Assembly (NCBI GenBank): GCA_965219415.1
Contig: CBDCNP010000002.1
Location: 4,544,001 to 4,608,000 of the forward strand
Direction: 5' to 3'
Length of the DNA stretch: 64,000 nucleotides
Source: Candidatus Marinacidobacterales bacterium
GTDB lineage: Bacteria; Acidobacteriota; Vicinamibacteria; Marinacidobacterales; DATDRI01
A program made the translations under genes and the position numbers. The notes under the pieces are model-generated. The model made no database searches. It was not told the origin of the DNA and saw only the letters and a program-made list of their open reading frames with translations. Positions 1 through 10,829 of the stretch are shown here, in pieces; positions within the stretch are counted from its first letter, which is position 1, and each line of letters opens with the position of its first letter.

Positions 1-2
1 CA

Positions 3-158
3 AGCTGCGGTAGACATGTACAGGAAGACCAGGAACCCTTCGAGGAAAAGATGAAACGCCTCGTCGCGGAACTGCGCCAGCAGCAGGCCGAAGGCGCGAA
101 GCTCGCCGCCGCCATTGAGGCGAATCTGAAGGCACTCGGGTTTGGAGGCGACCGATGA
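3..158 (+). CDS. C-terminal end of a type I restriction-modification HsdM-like subunit (partial, window edge)
   Basis: Frame reads [37 protein letters not shown], a typical HsdM C-terminus; stop overlaps the next ATG (ATGA). Confidence 0.65.
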   Translation, partial: SCGRHVQEDQEPFEEKMKRLVAELRQQQAEGAKLAAAIEANLKALGFGGDR

Positions 159-1897
159 TCTACAGTGAAGAAGAGATCATGCGCCAACTGCGCCTGGGTG
201 AGGACAGCGACTGGGAATTCAAGCAGATCGAGTTTGCCGAAAACAAACCAAGGAATCCGAGACGTGATGACTTGGCAAATGAGATCGCGGCATTCGCCAA
301 TGCGAACGGGGGCGTGCTGCTCTGCGGCGTCACCGACGAGGGCGAGATGCAGGGCATGTCGCGCGAACAGATGGTCGCGTTGGACTCCGTCCTGGTCGAG
401 GTAAGCACTAACTCCATAAAGCCGGCCGTTCGCATCCGCACCCATCACAGGCAACTCCCGGATGGCAAGCGATTGCTGCTGGTAGAAGTGCCGGAGGGCG
501 ACTCGCAGCATGACAGCCCGGGTGGGAGCTATATTCGGGTGGGAGGATCGAAGCAAAAGATGACGAGTGACGAGCGGTTGCGCCTGGCGCAACGGCGGGG
601 ACAGGCGCGTTTCCGATCGTTCGACGAGCAAACCGTTCCGGATACCGGATTCGGAACTCTGGACGAATGGCTCTGGAAGCCGCTGTTGACCGCCGAAGGC
701 GCGGCGGACCCCGAGTCCGCGCTCGGGAAGCTGGCGCTCCTGAAACCAGACGAGGCCGGAATTCCCCGAGCCACCATAGCCGGCGTGTTGCTGTGCACCC
801 GAAATCCCGAGCAGTGGCTTCCTAACGCCTGCATCACGGCGACCCGCTACCGGGGAAAGGAGCGCGCCTCCGGCCAGATCGATGCGCAGGAGATTACAGG
901 CCCGCTGAACCGACAGATCGCCGACGCGGTGGCCTTCGCCGTAAGGAACATGCACGTCGCGGCGCGCAAGGAGCCAGCGCGCGTGGATCTGCCTCAATAC
1001 AGCGACAAGGCGCTGTTCGAGGCCCTGGTCAACGCCGTGGTGCATCGCGACTATTCAGTGCACGGCAGCAGAATTCGCCTGTCGATGTTCGAAGACCGCC
1101 TGGAGATTCAGTCGCCCGGCTCGCTGCCGAACAACCTGACGGTGGAGAGCATGACAACACGGCAGGCGACTCGCAACGAAGCATTGACCTCCGTGCTGGG
1201 GCGCATGCCGGTAGGGGGAGTCCGAGGCTCGCAGGACAGACAGTATTTCATGGAGCGCCGCGGAGACGGTGTTCCGATCATCCGGCGCGAAACCCAGGAA
1301 CTCTGCGGGAAACTGCCTGAATACCGATTGATCGATGACTCGGAAGTCTGCCTCGCCATTCCCGCGGCAGCGCAGGAGCAGAGTCCCGCACGTGCCGTTA
1401 TCACCGTGCGGTCCGCCGGGCGGCCCTTGCCCGGCGCCGACCTCTTGACCTTGTTTCCGAACAAGACCTGGAAGCGTGGGAGCACGGACGAAGACGGGGA
1501 GGCGACCGTCGATCTGCACACGACTCATCTCCCCATGACGGTGTTCGCCTCCGCTCTCGGGTACGCCGCGCATCTGGAACGGGAATGGGTGCCGAGCCGG
1601 GGAGCGCTCACGGTAGAGCTTGAAGCCCTACCGGAGGGCGGAAGCGTCATTTTCCCCGAGGCGACCGGCTATCTTCCGGGGCTCAAAGGGAAGCTGAATC
1701 CCATTCGCGATACCCATGACCGAACTTATCTCTATGCGTCCAACATCGCCATCAACGAAGGACGTCAGCAGCCGGTCCACTTCGTGCCCGGTGAAGACCT
1801 GCGACTGACGGACGCCGAGGGAAGCGGACTGCTTGTGTGCATCGTCGATATCGTGGGCCGTTCGGCGCTGGTGGAATATCGGCCCATAAAGCCATGA
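155..1897 (+). CDS. AlbA_2/Schlafen domain + HATPase_c_4 (RecG-C-like) protein with extra C-terminal beta domain
   Basis: GEDSDWEFK and [18 protein letters not shown] (AlbA_2); [12 protein letters not shown] and DRLEIQSPG (HATPase_c_4). Confidence 0.85.
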   Translation: MIYSEEEIMRQLRLGEDSDWEFKQIEFAENKPRNPRRDDLANEIAAFANANGGVLLCGVTDEGEMQGMSREQMVALDSVLVEVSTNSIKPAVRIRTHHRQLPDGKRLLLVEVPEGDSQHDSPGGSYIRVGGSKQKMTSDERLRLAQRRGQARFRSFDEQTVPDTGFGTLDEWLWKPLLTAEGAADPESALGKLALLKPDEAGIPRATIAGVLLCTRNPEQWLPNACITATRYRGKERASGQIDAQEITGPLNRQIADAVAFAVRNMHVAARKEPARVDLPQYSDKALFEALVNAVVHRDYSVHGSRIRLSMFEDRLEIQSPGSLPNNLTVESMTTRQATRNEALTSVLGRMPVGGVRGSQDRQYFMERRGDGVPIIRRETQELCGKLPEYRLIDDSEVCLAIPAAAQEQSPARAVITVRSAGRPLPGADLLTLFPNKTWKRGSTDEDGEATVDLHTTHLPMTVFASALGYAAHLEREWVPSRGALTVELEALPEGGSVIFPEATGYLPGLKGKLNPIRDTHDRTYLYASNIAINEGRQQPVHFVPGEDLRLTDAEGSGLLVCIVDIVGRSALVEYRPIKP

Positions 1898-1925
1898 CTG
1901 TCAGCACGGATTTCCCGCCCTGTGC

Positions 1926-2040
1926 GGTGCTTCCGCCATTAAGTGTTGGTGAGATGACGCTAAGACTTTATAGTGCATTAAATTACAGCCAAAATAGCGT
2001 TCGTGACCTTCGCTGCGCGCTAAATGGAGCGTAAGCGCTT
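1926..2040 (+). mobile_element. Partial 166-bp IS1-like MITE
   Basis: Near-identical to the first ~115 bp of the full MITE at 19541-19706. Confidence 0.8.
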
Positions 2041-2076
2041 TCCTAAGAAACTCCGGTGTGCGGACTCGATGCAGCC

Positions 2077-3361
2077 TGTGCATCGTCAAAACTGCTCCGC
2101 CCACGAAATCAAGGACTTACGCTCCGCTTGAATTCTGGGCCGAAGACGGCGAAACTCCGCCGCTATGTTCAACGTTGTTGTCTTCCTCGTCTCACTTGGC
2201 GTCCGTGCCATTCGGGCGATGTGTCGGCGCCGCGCCGACCTGGTGTTGGAGAACGTCGCCTTGCGGCAGCAAGTGACGGCGCTGAAGAAAGAGCGCCCAC
2301 GCCCACCGCTCGACGACACGGAACGGGCTTTCTGGGTTGCCCTTCGAGGTTCGTGGCCCGTGTGGGCGAGCCGCCTGCTCATCGTCCACGCGGACACCGT
2401 AGCCCGTTGGCATCGCGACCGATTCCGACGGTACTGGGCAATGATCTCGCAGCGCCGCCATCCTGGTCGACCCCGGATTGATGCTGAGATTCGTTGCGTC
2501 GTCCGCACGATGGCGCAAGACGGCTGGGGGGCGCCACGCATCCATGCTGAGCTCACCAAGCTCGGTTTCATCATCTCCGAGATCACGGTGTCGCGATACC
2601 TGCCGCGGCATCCCGCGGAGCCCGACCAGCTGAAACGATGGATGGCTTTCTTGCGCAACCATAAAGACGATATCGCCGCCATGGATCTGTTCACCGTGCC
2701 CACCGCGTCGCTCCGGCTGCTGTACGGCTTCTTCGTCATCGAGCACGGCCGTCGGCACATCGTTCACTTCAACGCCACGTTCCACCCGACGTCTGCTTGG
2801 GTTATTCAGCAACTGCGTGAGGCGTTTCCCTACGACACCGCTCCGAAATATCTCATCTTCGATCGCGACTTCATCTTTAGCGCTGCGGTCATCGAGTTCA
2901 TCAAAGCAACGGGCACAAAACCCGTTCGCACTTCGTTTCGCAGCCCATGGCAAAACGGAACTGCGGAGCGGTGGGTCGGCAGCTGCCGTCGCGAGCTCCT
3001 TGAGCACGTCGTGGTTCTCGGCGCATGTCATCTCATCCGGCTCGTGCGGGTTTACATCAGCTACTATCACGAGGACCGTTGCCACTTGGGGCTGAACAAG
3101 GACACACCGAGCTTGAGAACGGTCACGCACCGACCGTCTCCTACGGCGAAAGTCGTCGCACTGCCGCGAGTCGGTGGATTGCACCATCGATACGAGTGGC
3201 GAGAGGCAGCCTGAGTCAGCTTGGTCGCTCGCGTTACTCGGTTGGTCGCCGAGAAGTTCGACCTCAGCACTTTCCCTCGCGCGCTGACCACGCTCTCCAG
3301 CATGTGCTCGAGGGCGGTCCGGGCCTAGAGTCCAGTCCCGGACAAATAATGATGATGGACA
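2077..3361 (+). mobile_element. 1285-bp rve-integrase IS (IS481-like), copy 1
   Basis: Termini TGTGCATCGTCAAAACT and ATAATGATGATGGACA; near-identical copies elsewhere in the window. Confidence 0.9.
2165..3214 (+). CDS. Integrase core (DDE) transposase, 349 aa
   Basis: AMDLFTV, IFDRD and SPWQNGTAER give the DDE triad; WGAPRIHAEL HTH. Confidence 0.9.
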   Translation: MFNVVVFLVSLGVRAIRAMCRRRADLVLENVALRQQVTALKKERPRPPLDDTERAFWVALRGSWPVWASRLLIVHADTVARWHRDRFRRYWAMISQRRHPGRPRIDAEIRCVVRTMAQDGWGAPRIHAELTKLGFIISEITVSRYLPRHPAEPDQLKRWMAFLRNHKDDIAAMDLFTVPTASLRLLYGFFVIEHGRRHIVHFNATFHPTSAWVIQQLREAFPYDTAPKYLIFDRDFIFSAAVIEFIKATGTKPVRTSFRSPWQNGTAERWVGSCRRELLEHVVVLGACHLIRLVRVYISYYHEDRCHLGLNKDTPSLRTVTHRPSPTAKVVALPRVGGLHHRYEWREAA

Positions 3362-3389
3362 GCCTCAGTGCTGTATGATTGCCTAGAAT

Positions 3390-4244
3390 ATGGAAGGGAA
3401 AACCGCGCAGTCGACGGTAGATAAGGCGGAGGACCGCGGCTCGGTCTTACAGTCGCGGGTCGAAGACAGTCTTTCACCTCCACTGAAATGGGCTGGCGGC
3501 AAGCGTTGGCAACTACCGCACCTTCTGCCTCTCTGGATGGGTCACGAAGGCCGCCGACTTGTAGAGCCGTTTTGTGGCGGCTTGGCAGTAACGCTCGGGC
3601 TAAGACCGGAACGCGCTCTACTGAATGATATTAATTCGCACCTCGTGAATTTCTATATCTGGCTTCAGCGCGGCCTTCGTCTAACACGAGTCTTCGAGAA
3701 CGATGAACGCTACTACTATGCTCAGCGTCGCAAATTCAACGCACTGTTAGAAGAAGGCAAGGGCAATTCGCGCGAAGCTGCTGCGCTCTTCTACTATTTG
3801 AACCGCACTGGGTACAACGGACTATGCCGCTTTAATCGAAGCGGGCAGTTCAACGTTCCCTTCGGTCGCTACAGCAAGATCAACTACCAGCAAGACTTCA
3901 TGAAACACGAGGCCCTATTCAAGAATTGGCAATTCACGTGTGTGGATTTCGAAGAGATCGACCTGAACGCCAGTGATTTCGTCTATGCAGACCCTCCATA
4001 CGATGTGCAGTTCACGCAATACTTCAAGGGAGGCTTCGACTGGGAGGATCAGGTCAGAACAGCTCAATGGGTGTCGCGGCATGAAGGTCCAACAGTCCTC
4101 GTCAATCAGGCAACTGAACGAATCGTTGAGCTCTACGGCCGCTTGGGCTTCAAACTGAAATTTCTATCTGCTCCCAGGCGCATAAGCTGCACGGGGGACC
4201 GGAGGCCAGCAAAAGAGGTACTTGCATTCCTAAATTTGGAATAG
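3390..4244 (+). CDS. Dam-family (D12 class) N6-adenine DNA methyltransferase
   Basis: PPLKWAGGK, EPFCGG, YLNRTGYNGL, FNVPFG and DPPY motifs. Confidence 0.92.
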   Translation: MEGKTAQSTVDKAEDRGSVLQSRVEDSLSPPLKWAGGKRWQLPHLLPLWMGHEGRRLVEPFCGGLAVTLGLRPERALLNDINSHLVNFYIWLQRGLRLTRVFENDERYYYAQRRKFNALLEEGKGNSREAAALFYYLNRTGYNGLCRFNRSGQFNVPFGRYSKINYQQDFMKHEALFKNWQFTCVDFEEIDLNASDFVYADPPYDVQFTQYFKGGFDWEDQVRTAQWVSRHEGPTVLVNQATERIVELYGRLGFKLKFLSAPRRISCTGDRRPAKEVLAFLNLE

Positions 4245-4247
4245 CAA

Positions 4248-4658
4248 ATGTCTCGGAAAGACACCGGCAGAGTGCTGGAGCAAATGATCCTGCCTACTCT
4301 AGAACGCGCAGGCTACGGCTGCGCTACCGGCGTTACGGTAGGTCTTCGGCTGGGCACTGGTCGCCATGTCGTTGATGTCGTCGCGGAACGAGACGGACTC
4401 CGTTACCTAATATCTTTGAAGTGGCAACAGGTTGCTGGAACCTCGGAACAGAAGGTTCCCTTTGAGATCATCTGTCTAAGTGAGGCTCTAGAGGGCGGCG
4501 ACTACGCGGGTGCCTATTTGATGCTCGACGGGGAACGCTGGCGCTTTCGAGATTTTTTCATTTCAGATCACATCAAAGCCTACATGCACGTATCCGACCT
4601 CATAGACATCATCACACTCGAAGCCTTGATTGCGGAAGTCAACAGTGAGGGGCTGTGA
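4248..4658 (+). CDS. PD-(D/E)XK nuclease superfamily protein (restriction endonuclease-like)
   Basis: HVVDVV...ISLKWQQVAGTSEQKVPFE; starts 3 bp after the methylase stop. Confidence 0.7.
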   Translation: MSRKDTGRVLEQMILPTLERAGYGCATGVTVGLRLGTGRHVVDVVAERDGLRYLISLKWQQVAGTSEQKVPFEIICLSEALEGGDYAGAYLMLDGERWRFRDFFISDHIKAYMHVSDLIDIITLEALIAEVNSEGL

Positions 4659-5449
4659 GAATGGCCGAGGGCCGAGGTACTGACAAACAGAGGAAAGCCC
4701 TTGAATTTTTCAGGAAACACCACCTGTCCCAACTACCGTTTTCCCTGGACGAATTCGCCAAGGCGACTGGCTGGACGGGAACGAGCGCCCCGACCTATTT
4801 ATCGAAGCAGTATGTTGTGTTCACGAGGAAGGTGGACGGTGGGCGCTACGTGGTTACCCAAGCGTTTCGCCGCTATAGAAGATGGAAGGCCTTTCGCGAA
4901 CTCGTAACGCAGGCTCGAAGAGCTCCCGAGTACTATTACAAGGCTTACGATCGTGTGCGCGTTTATGAGTTCTTATTACCATTGTCCAATGAAGAGCATC
5001 TCAAGGGCGTCCTCGATACGCTCTTTTACCAAGACACGATTAGAGCGCGACTCGGCGTTATCTCACGAACTGTGCTTGAACGCGAGTTCTCTCGTAAAGA
5101 GGGAGAAGACGACGACAAATATTTTAGCCGCTTGTTTCGTTGGCTCTCTGAGCGCTTCAGCGGCTATTCGGTTTATCACGTACAAGGTCGCTTCCGCGCA
5201 ACCGATTTGGCTTCCCGTGCAAGAGCGGCCGGAATGGAAGAGATGGGCGAACGGTACCTCATCGACGAGACTACGGCCATCGCCCGCTTTATTTTCCCGT
5301 GTTCTAGCCAGACCGAAGCGGACGCGATTCACTTTTTCTTCTGGGAATTGTTCGTCGAAAGCATCGTCGAGGTCGTCAGCGGCCAGGATCAAATCTGGAT
5401 GGTCGAAAGCGGCATGCAGGACCGGGTTCACATTTGGAAAACAAAGTAG
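4655..5449 (+). CDS. Hypothetical protein with N-terminal wHTH-like region
   Basis: Coupled (GTGA) to the upstream gene; FSLDEFAKATGW looks HTH-like. Confidence 0.65.
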   Translation: MRMAEGRGTDKQRKALEFFRKHHLSQLPFSLDEFAKATGWTGTSAPTYLSKQYVVFTRKVDGGRYVVTQAFRRYRRWKAFRELVTQARRAPEYYYKAYDRVRVYEFLLPLSNEEHLKGVLDTLFYQDTIRARLGVISRTVLEREFSRKEGEDDDKYFSRLFRWLSERFSGYSVYHVQGRFRATDLASRARAAGMEEMGERYLIDETTAIARFIFPCSSQTEADAIHFFFWELFVESIVEVVSGQDQIWMVESGMQDRVHIWKTK

Positions 5450-5458
5450 TCCCGTACG

Positions 5459-5800
5459 ATGGACAACACGCGCGAATGGCTCCGTGAGAACGGATACGAG
5501 GATGTTTTGACGCGCATCCAGGAGCTGGAAGCACGATGGAAGGCAGAAGGCAAGAAGACTCGTCGCAATTGGTGGGAAGTTCTTGCGGGGAGTAAGACCG
5601 GTCAGCCAAGAACCATCGGCGGCCATGAGTTCCCAGTCCTAAGATCGGCTCGGGTCCGGGAAGGGCTGCCTATCACACCGAACGCGATTCAGCGCGATCC
5701 GAACGAGAAAGCACCGCCGGTACGTACAACGGGTCGCTGGCCCTCAACGGCAAAGAAACTTACTCGGTCTGGACGCCGCCGACGAAGATCCAAGCAATAG
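5459..5800 (+). CDS. Hypothetical basic protein, last gene of the methylase operon
   Basis: ATG 9 bp after the previous stop, same strand. Confidence 0.6.
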   Translation: MDNTREWLRENGYEDVLTRIQELEARWKAEGKKTRRNWWEVLAGSKTGQPRTIGGHEFPVLRSARVREGLPITPNAIQRDPNEKAPPVRTTGRWPSTAKKLTRSGRRRRRSKQ

Positions 5801-5842
5801 ACGTGAAGCGTGCAAAAGCTGGGTTGAGATCCTAAGTAAAGC

Positions 5843-6195
5843 TGTGCCTTCTATTTATTCATCCGCGGGTGCTTGCGCTGTTTACTGTTGGTGATGTGTA
5901 CGCATCCCTTTGCAAAAGAGGCGCTTACGCTCCATTTAGCGCGCAGCGAAGGCGTCCTGTCCAAAAACACAAACGAACTCAAGACTGGCGCGCCGGGCCG
6001 TTTCGATCGCGTCGTATCCAAAAATACAAACGAACTCAAGATCGGCACGCCGTGACGTTTCGGAATAGACGTGTATACGCTGGGTTGGCCGATGGGAGCT
6101 GGAATCCCTCGGTCATGAGGACGCCGATCGCCGATCCAGCCTTTGACACTGTTGATGGTTGCCGTCGCTGGTTGGCTCCAGCGTGACCAACAGGC
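5843..6195 (+). mobile_element. Stack of IS-end stubs: TGTGCCTTCTATTT left end, MITE end, two tandem CGTCGTGTCCAAAA-type left ends
   Basis: Each piece recurs elsewhere (44826, 48968; 42081; 14875, 15060, 56729). Confidence 0.8.
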
Positions 6196-6229
6196 CGCTA
6201 CCGTCTACTTACTCGAGGAGAATGGAAGG

Positions 6230-6471
6230 AGCAGCTCCCCTTCTACGAATTCCCGCAGGCGATGTGGAAGTCGATCCGAATGACGAACGCCTTGGAGAAC
6301 CTGAATCGCGAGTTCCGACAACGCACGAAGACGCAGGCATCATTCACCACGGAGGCGTCAGAGGTCGGCTTGCTGTTCGGGCTTGTCGCTTCTGGCTAGA
6401 TCAGACTACGTCGCATTGATGGCTACCAACACCTCGCAGAAGTTCTTGCTCAAGGCGAGGTCACCGCGTGA
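6230..6471 (+). pseudogene. IS256-family transposase C-terminal fragment
   Basis: FYEFPQAMWKSIRMTNALENLNREFRQRTK; similar to 38772-39015. Confidence 0.8.
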
Positions 6472-6581
6472 TCTGATACCTTCACAAGGAACGGGAGGTG
6501 CGCCGTTCTTTTTCCACGGGAGTCGAGACGCGTCCGCTTCGACAGACCAATGCGAGTCTCTTGAATCTCGGAGGGTTCAAT

Positions 6582-6845
6582 ATGCAGGAATGCCAGGAAG
6601 ATCACCGATATTGGAAGACGTTCGAGTCACTTCCCCTTGATCAGGGGGGCGCTGGTAGACATAGGTGTGTTGGCTGCGCATATGAAAAGGGGCTCAAGGA
6701 TGGACTCGCTCGAAAGGAGCAACTTGACCTGTCTCTTGACAGTCTTCTGGAGAGCCAGGCCGGATCAGTTCGCCACCGGAGTCCCCATGCCGGTTACGCA
6801 GAGGGGTATCTCCATGGCGTGTACAGGTCGTACGAGGACTCGTAG
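6582..6845 (+). CDS. Small Cys/His-containing hypothetical protein
   Basis: GGAGGG RBS before ATG; GRHRCVGCAYEKG. Confidence 0.6.
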   Translation: MQECQEDHRYWKTFESLPLDQGGAGRHRCVGCAYEKGLKDGLARKEQLDLSLDSLLESQAGSVRHRSPHAGYAEGYLHGVYRSYEDS

Positions 6846-6903
6846 AGCGCCATCGAAAAATGGACTGACCCGCTTCTTACTGATATCCATGCGTGCTCTA
6901 GGT

Positions 6904-7055
6904 GCCTCAGTGCTGTATGATTGCCTAGAATATGGAAGGGGAAACCGCGCAGTCGACGGTAGATAAGGCGAAGGACGGCGGCTCGGTCTTACAGTCGCGG
7001 GTCGAAGACAGTCTTTCACCTCCACTGAATGGGCTGGCGGCAAGCATTGGCAACT
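6904..7055 (+). pseudogene. Degenerate duplicate of the Dam methylase upstream region and 5' end
   Basis: Near-identical to 3362-3513 with indels; cut by IS copy 2. Confidence 0.85.
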
Positions 7056-8340
7056 TGTGCATCGTCAAAACTGCTCCGCCCACGAAATCAAGGACTTACG
7101 CTCCGCTTGAATTCCGGGCCGAAGACGGCGAAACTCCGCCGCTATGTTCAACGTTGTTGTCTTCCTCGTCTCACTTGGCGTCCGTGCCATTCGGGCGATG
7201 TGTCGGCGCCGCGCCGACCTGGTGTTGGAGAACGTCGCTTTGCGGCAGCAAGTGACGGCGCTGAAGAAAGAGCGCCCACGCCCACCGCTCGAAGACACGG
7301 AACGGGCTTTCTGGGTTGCCCTTCGAGGTTCGTGGCCCGTGTGGGCGAGCCGCCTTCTCATCGTCCACGCGGACACCGTGGCCCGTTGGCATTGCGACCG
7401 ATTCCGACGGTACTGGGCAAATATCTCGCAGCGCCGCCATCCCGGTCGGCCTCGGATTGATGCCGAGATTCGCCGCCTCGTCCGCACGATGGCGCAAGAC
7501 GGCTGGGGGGCGCCACGCATCCATGCTGAGCTCACCAAGCTCGGTTTCATCATCTCCGAGATTACGGTGTCGCGATACCTGCCGCGGCATCCCGCGGAGC
7601 CCGACCAGCTGAAGCGATGGATGGCTTTCTTGCGCAACCATAAAGACGATATCGCCGCCATGGATCTGTTCACCGTGCCCACCGCGTCGCTCCGGCTGCT
7701 GTACGGCTTCTTCGTCATCGCGCACGGTCGCCGGCACATCGTTCACTTCAACGCCACGTTCCACCCGACGTCTGCTTGGGTTATTCAGCAACTGCGTGAG
7801 GCGTTTCCCTACGACACCGCTCCGAAATATCTCATCTTCGATCGCGACTTCATCTTTAGCGCTGCGGTCATCGAGTTCATCAAAGCAACGGGCACAAAAC
7901 CCGTTCGCACTTCGTTTTGCAGCCCATGGCAAAACGGAACCGCGGAGCGGTGGGTCGGCAGCTGCCGTCGCGAGCTCCTTGAGCACGTCGTGGTTCTCGG
8001 CGCATGTCATCTCATCCGGCTCGTGCAAGCTTACATCAGCTACTATCATGAGGACCGTTGCCACTTGGGGCTGAACAAGGACACACCGAGCTTGAGAGCG
8101 GTCACGCACCGACCGTCTCCTACGGCGAAAGTCGTCGCACTGCCGCGAGTCGGTGGATTGCACCATCGATACGAGTGGCGAGAGGCAGCCTGAGTCAGCT
8201 TGGTCGCTCGCGTTACTCGGCTGGTCGCCGAGAAGTTCGTCCTCAGCACTTTCCCTCGCGCGCTGACCACGCTCTCCAGCATGTGCTCGAGGGCGGTCCG
8301 GGCCTAGAGTCCAGTCCCGGATTAATAATGATGATGGACA
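7056..8340 (+). mobile_element. 1285-bp rve IS, copy 2 (transposase 7144-8193)
   Basis: Same termini and 349-aa ORF as copy 1. Confidence 0.9.
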
Positions 8341-8709
8341 ATAATCGCCCTTTTTCTACCGGGAGACCGGTGCTTCCACCATGCACTGTGGGCAGCAGGC
8401 CCCAAGCCGTGTGTGTGGCTCGGTTCGATCAGGTCCACTCGCTGATGGGACAACTTCGAAGGAAATGACACCGGCGGCATGGGCTCCGCACAAACTTGAC
8501 CGGATTGAGGACCTGCAGTGGGATCCACCCGAGTTGTCCTTCATCACTGAACGTCACGGTGCAATGGTCGTAGGAGAGTCATCAAGAGAAGAAATACAGA
8601 GATGGACCGTCAACCTTGATACCCTCACCGCGATGGCCAGCATCTGTGGATTCCGTCAGAAGACGCCAGCACAGCCATGGCTGAACATTGCTCCCTCTTT
8701 CAGATCACG

Positions 8710-9978
8710 TCATTCAGTGCCATCGTCCCGATTCTCGAGAGCCTCGCGAATTTGCTGCACTGTTGCGTCGATAATCTCGAACCATTTCGGGCCGCGGGTG
8801 ACCAACGGGTCAAGCCGTTCGCCCTTCTTCATGCCCTTGCCGACCCCCTCATACTCCTTGCCGGACGGGGTACGGTGCTTGTAAACGGCAGCGCCCGGAA
8901 TCAGGGCCGCGACCTGGTCCAAGTAGCGCCGATAGATCGAGCTGTCGAGCCCGAGCTTGACACAGCGTCGAGACAGCCAGTGTGTGTTCTGGAGTGTCCC
9001 TCTCCGGTTGAGCTGCCCAAACGTGAAGGAATGGCCGGTCTCGGCGTCTTCGTATTTCAGCAGTGGTCCCGCATCTCCCCACGTGATCGTCAGGCCATGT
9101 GCCGGGGCGTGCTCAATCGCCCACTCTGCGAACCTGACGACCTCGGGCGAGCTTGAGCGTGACAGCTGCTCGAGGAAATCGCTCTCGGTGATCTTCGCTC
9201 GTCTGCTCTGCGCTTCGGCCGCCACGGAGGGGACCGAGACGCGGACCTCGTCCGGTGGCACCGTCGTTTTGATCTCGACCACCGCGCGCGTCACCTCGCG
9301 AGTCCGCGCAACGATCCGCGGCTGCACATAGAACTCTGGCGGCTCTGCCTTGGGATCGAGGGCATACAACCCCATCTCCACCAAGCCCAGGGTGAATTGC
9401 AGCCGGGGAGTCTGGTTGAGAAAGTCGGCCATCTGCTCGACGCCTTCGTGAATGCCGTCACCGACAATCAGCAACACAAAACGGCCGAGCCGCAAGTTTC
9501 GATTCACGCGATCGACAAACTCCCGTTCATTCACGCCCTCTTCGCCGTCGTCCACCAGCTCGACCAGCGGGTCGGCGGACGCCAAGGCACCGCCCTTGCG
9601 GCTGTCCAGTACCGCCTGTCGTAACTCGTTGTACGTCCAGGTTGAGACGTGCGAGGCGTAGTCAATGAGCTGCGCGACGACGGTTCGGCGCGCCTCGGGA
9701 TTCCGCCAGAGTTTCGTTTCGACGAGCGTCAAGTAGCCCTCGTCGTTCATGAAGACCAGATCGATGAACCCACTCCCGACCCGCAACTCACGCGCCAGCG
9801 GGTGCAGCCGATCAAAGATCGGCTCGATGTCTCCGACAGGGATCAGCGTCGGGTGTGCGAACAGCAAAGCTTGCAGGTCGGCCTCCTTAAACGTTCGCTC
9901 GTCGAGTGGAACGTGACGAAGCACCGTTGCCGTGCCGTTGCGGATGAGAACTGGTGTCACGAACTGTCTGGCTTTCAT
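8710..9978 (-). CDS. NucS/DUF91-like PD-(D/E)XK endonuclease domain protein
   Basis: EADLQALL...GFIDLVFM...LVETKLWRNPEARRTVVAQLIDYA. Confidence 0.75.
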   Translation of the reverse strand: MKARQFVTPVLIRNGTATVLRHVPLDERTFKEADLQALLFAHPTLIPVGDIEPIFDRLHPLARELRVGSGFIDLVFMNDEGYLTLVETKLWRNPEARRTVVAQLIDYASHVSTWTYNELRQAVLDSRKGGALASADPLVELVDDGEEGVNEREFVDRVNRNLRLGRFVLLIVGDGIHEGVEQMADFLNQTPRLQFTLGLVEMGLYALDPKAEPPEFYVQPRIVARTREVTRAVVEIKTTVPPDEVRVSVPSVAAEAQSRRAKITESDFLEQLSRSSSPEVVRFAEWAIEHAPAHGLTITWGDAGPLLKYEDAETGHSFTFGQLNRRGTLQNTHWLSRRCVKLGLDSSIYRRYLDQVAALIPGAAVYKHRTPSGKEYEGVGKGMKKGERLDPLVTRGPKWFEIIDATVQQIREALENRDDGTE

Positions 9979-10132
9979 CGGGGACCGCCCTTCTCATTGA
10001 AGCCAGCCAGCCAACGGGACTGCGATTGACCTTGTCCCCGCTCGGCGCAGAGTTGCTGCAAGGACACTTGCAACGTCTTGGACACGTCAACCATACAGAT
10101 TCTCCTCTCGGCTCGGTGAACACGCGGCACGT

Positions 10133-10245
10133 GGTGCTTGCGCTGTTTACTGTTGGTGATGTGCACGCATCCGCGGATTCCAAGGGCGTCTAAGCTGCTG
10201 ATTTGTGGTCTATTTCAAAAGGGCCGAGTTTTGGCACAGGACGGG
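10133..10245 (-). mobile_element. Chimeric linker: MITE end fused to a CCCGTCCTGTGCCAAAACTC-type IS end
   Basis: Same junction repeated at 55277-55368 plus 56627-56651. Confidence 0.8.
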
Positions 10246-10256
10246 AGCGAGGTCGC

Positions 10257-10829
10257 CTACCCCAAGTGACGATCGATGTCGTTGATCCACAGGCCGAGAA
10301 GCGTGCCGCGTTTGAATCCCTGATTCTTGTGCCCCAGGTCTTTGCGAATAGCGTTCAGAAGCTTCTCGTACTGAAACAACATTTTAATCGGATTTCCACC
10401 ATCAATGAACGCCATCCGCAATGCACGAAACTCTCGCACCACCTCATCAGAACCCCACACAACGAGTTGTTCTGTGACTGTGACAAAGAACCGCATCAAC
10501 TCTTGCTCCGTCGGTGGCTTTTCGCCGACCTTTTCGGCAAAATGAACCTTGAACAGCATGCCAATGATGGTCTCGTAGATCGGCTTCTTCTTTTCACGAA
10601 GCTCTTGACGAACGGCAACCATTGCCTCGATACGCTTAGACATTACAAGGGAGAATGTCGACACGGTGATCGTGCCTGCCGCCGCCACTACAGCAATAGC
10701 AACGTCCGATTGCATCGACGCAAGACTCGATATCAGCGCCGCGACAAATAGGTACGCTCCCCAGCCGATCAGGCCAAGCAAGAGGAAACCCAACACCGCC
10801 TGCGCCGCGGACTTTACGCGCGTATTCAT
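10257..10829 (-). CDS. Hypothetical protein with two N-terminal transmembrane helices
   Basis: Two hydrophobic segments followed by a helical soluble domain. Confidence 0.65.
   Translation of the reverse strand: MNTRVKSAAQAVLGFLLLGLIGWGAYLFVAALISSLASMQSDVAIAVVAAAGTITVSTFSLVMSKRIEAMVAVRQELREKKKPIYETIIGMLFKVHFAEKVGEKPPTEQELMRFFVTVTEQLVVWGSDEVVREFRALRMAFIDGGNPIKMLFQYEKLLNAIRKDLGHKNQGFKRGTLLGLWINDIDRHLG

Noticed and set aside
2086-3187. Antisense ORFs of 224 and 331 aa repeated in each rve IS copy
   Set aside because: Shadow frames of the transposase; the 331-aa frame is broken by a stop in several copies.
5953-6050. Two ~35-bp direct repeats resembling a mini CRISPR array
   Set aside because: They are tandem left ends of an rve IS that lead into a transposase N-terminus elsewhere (14875).
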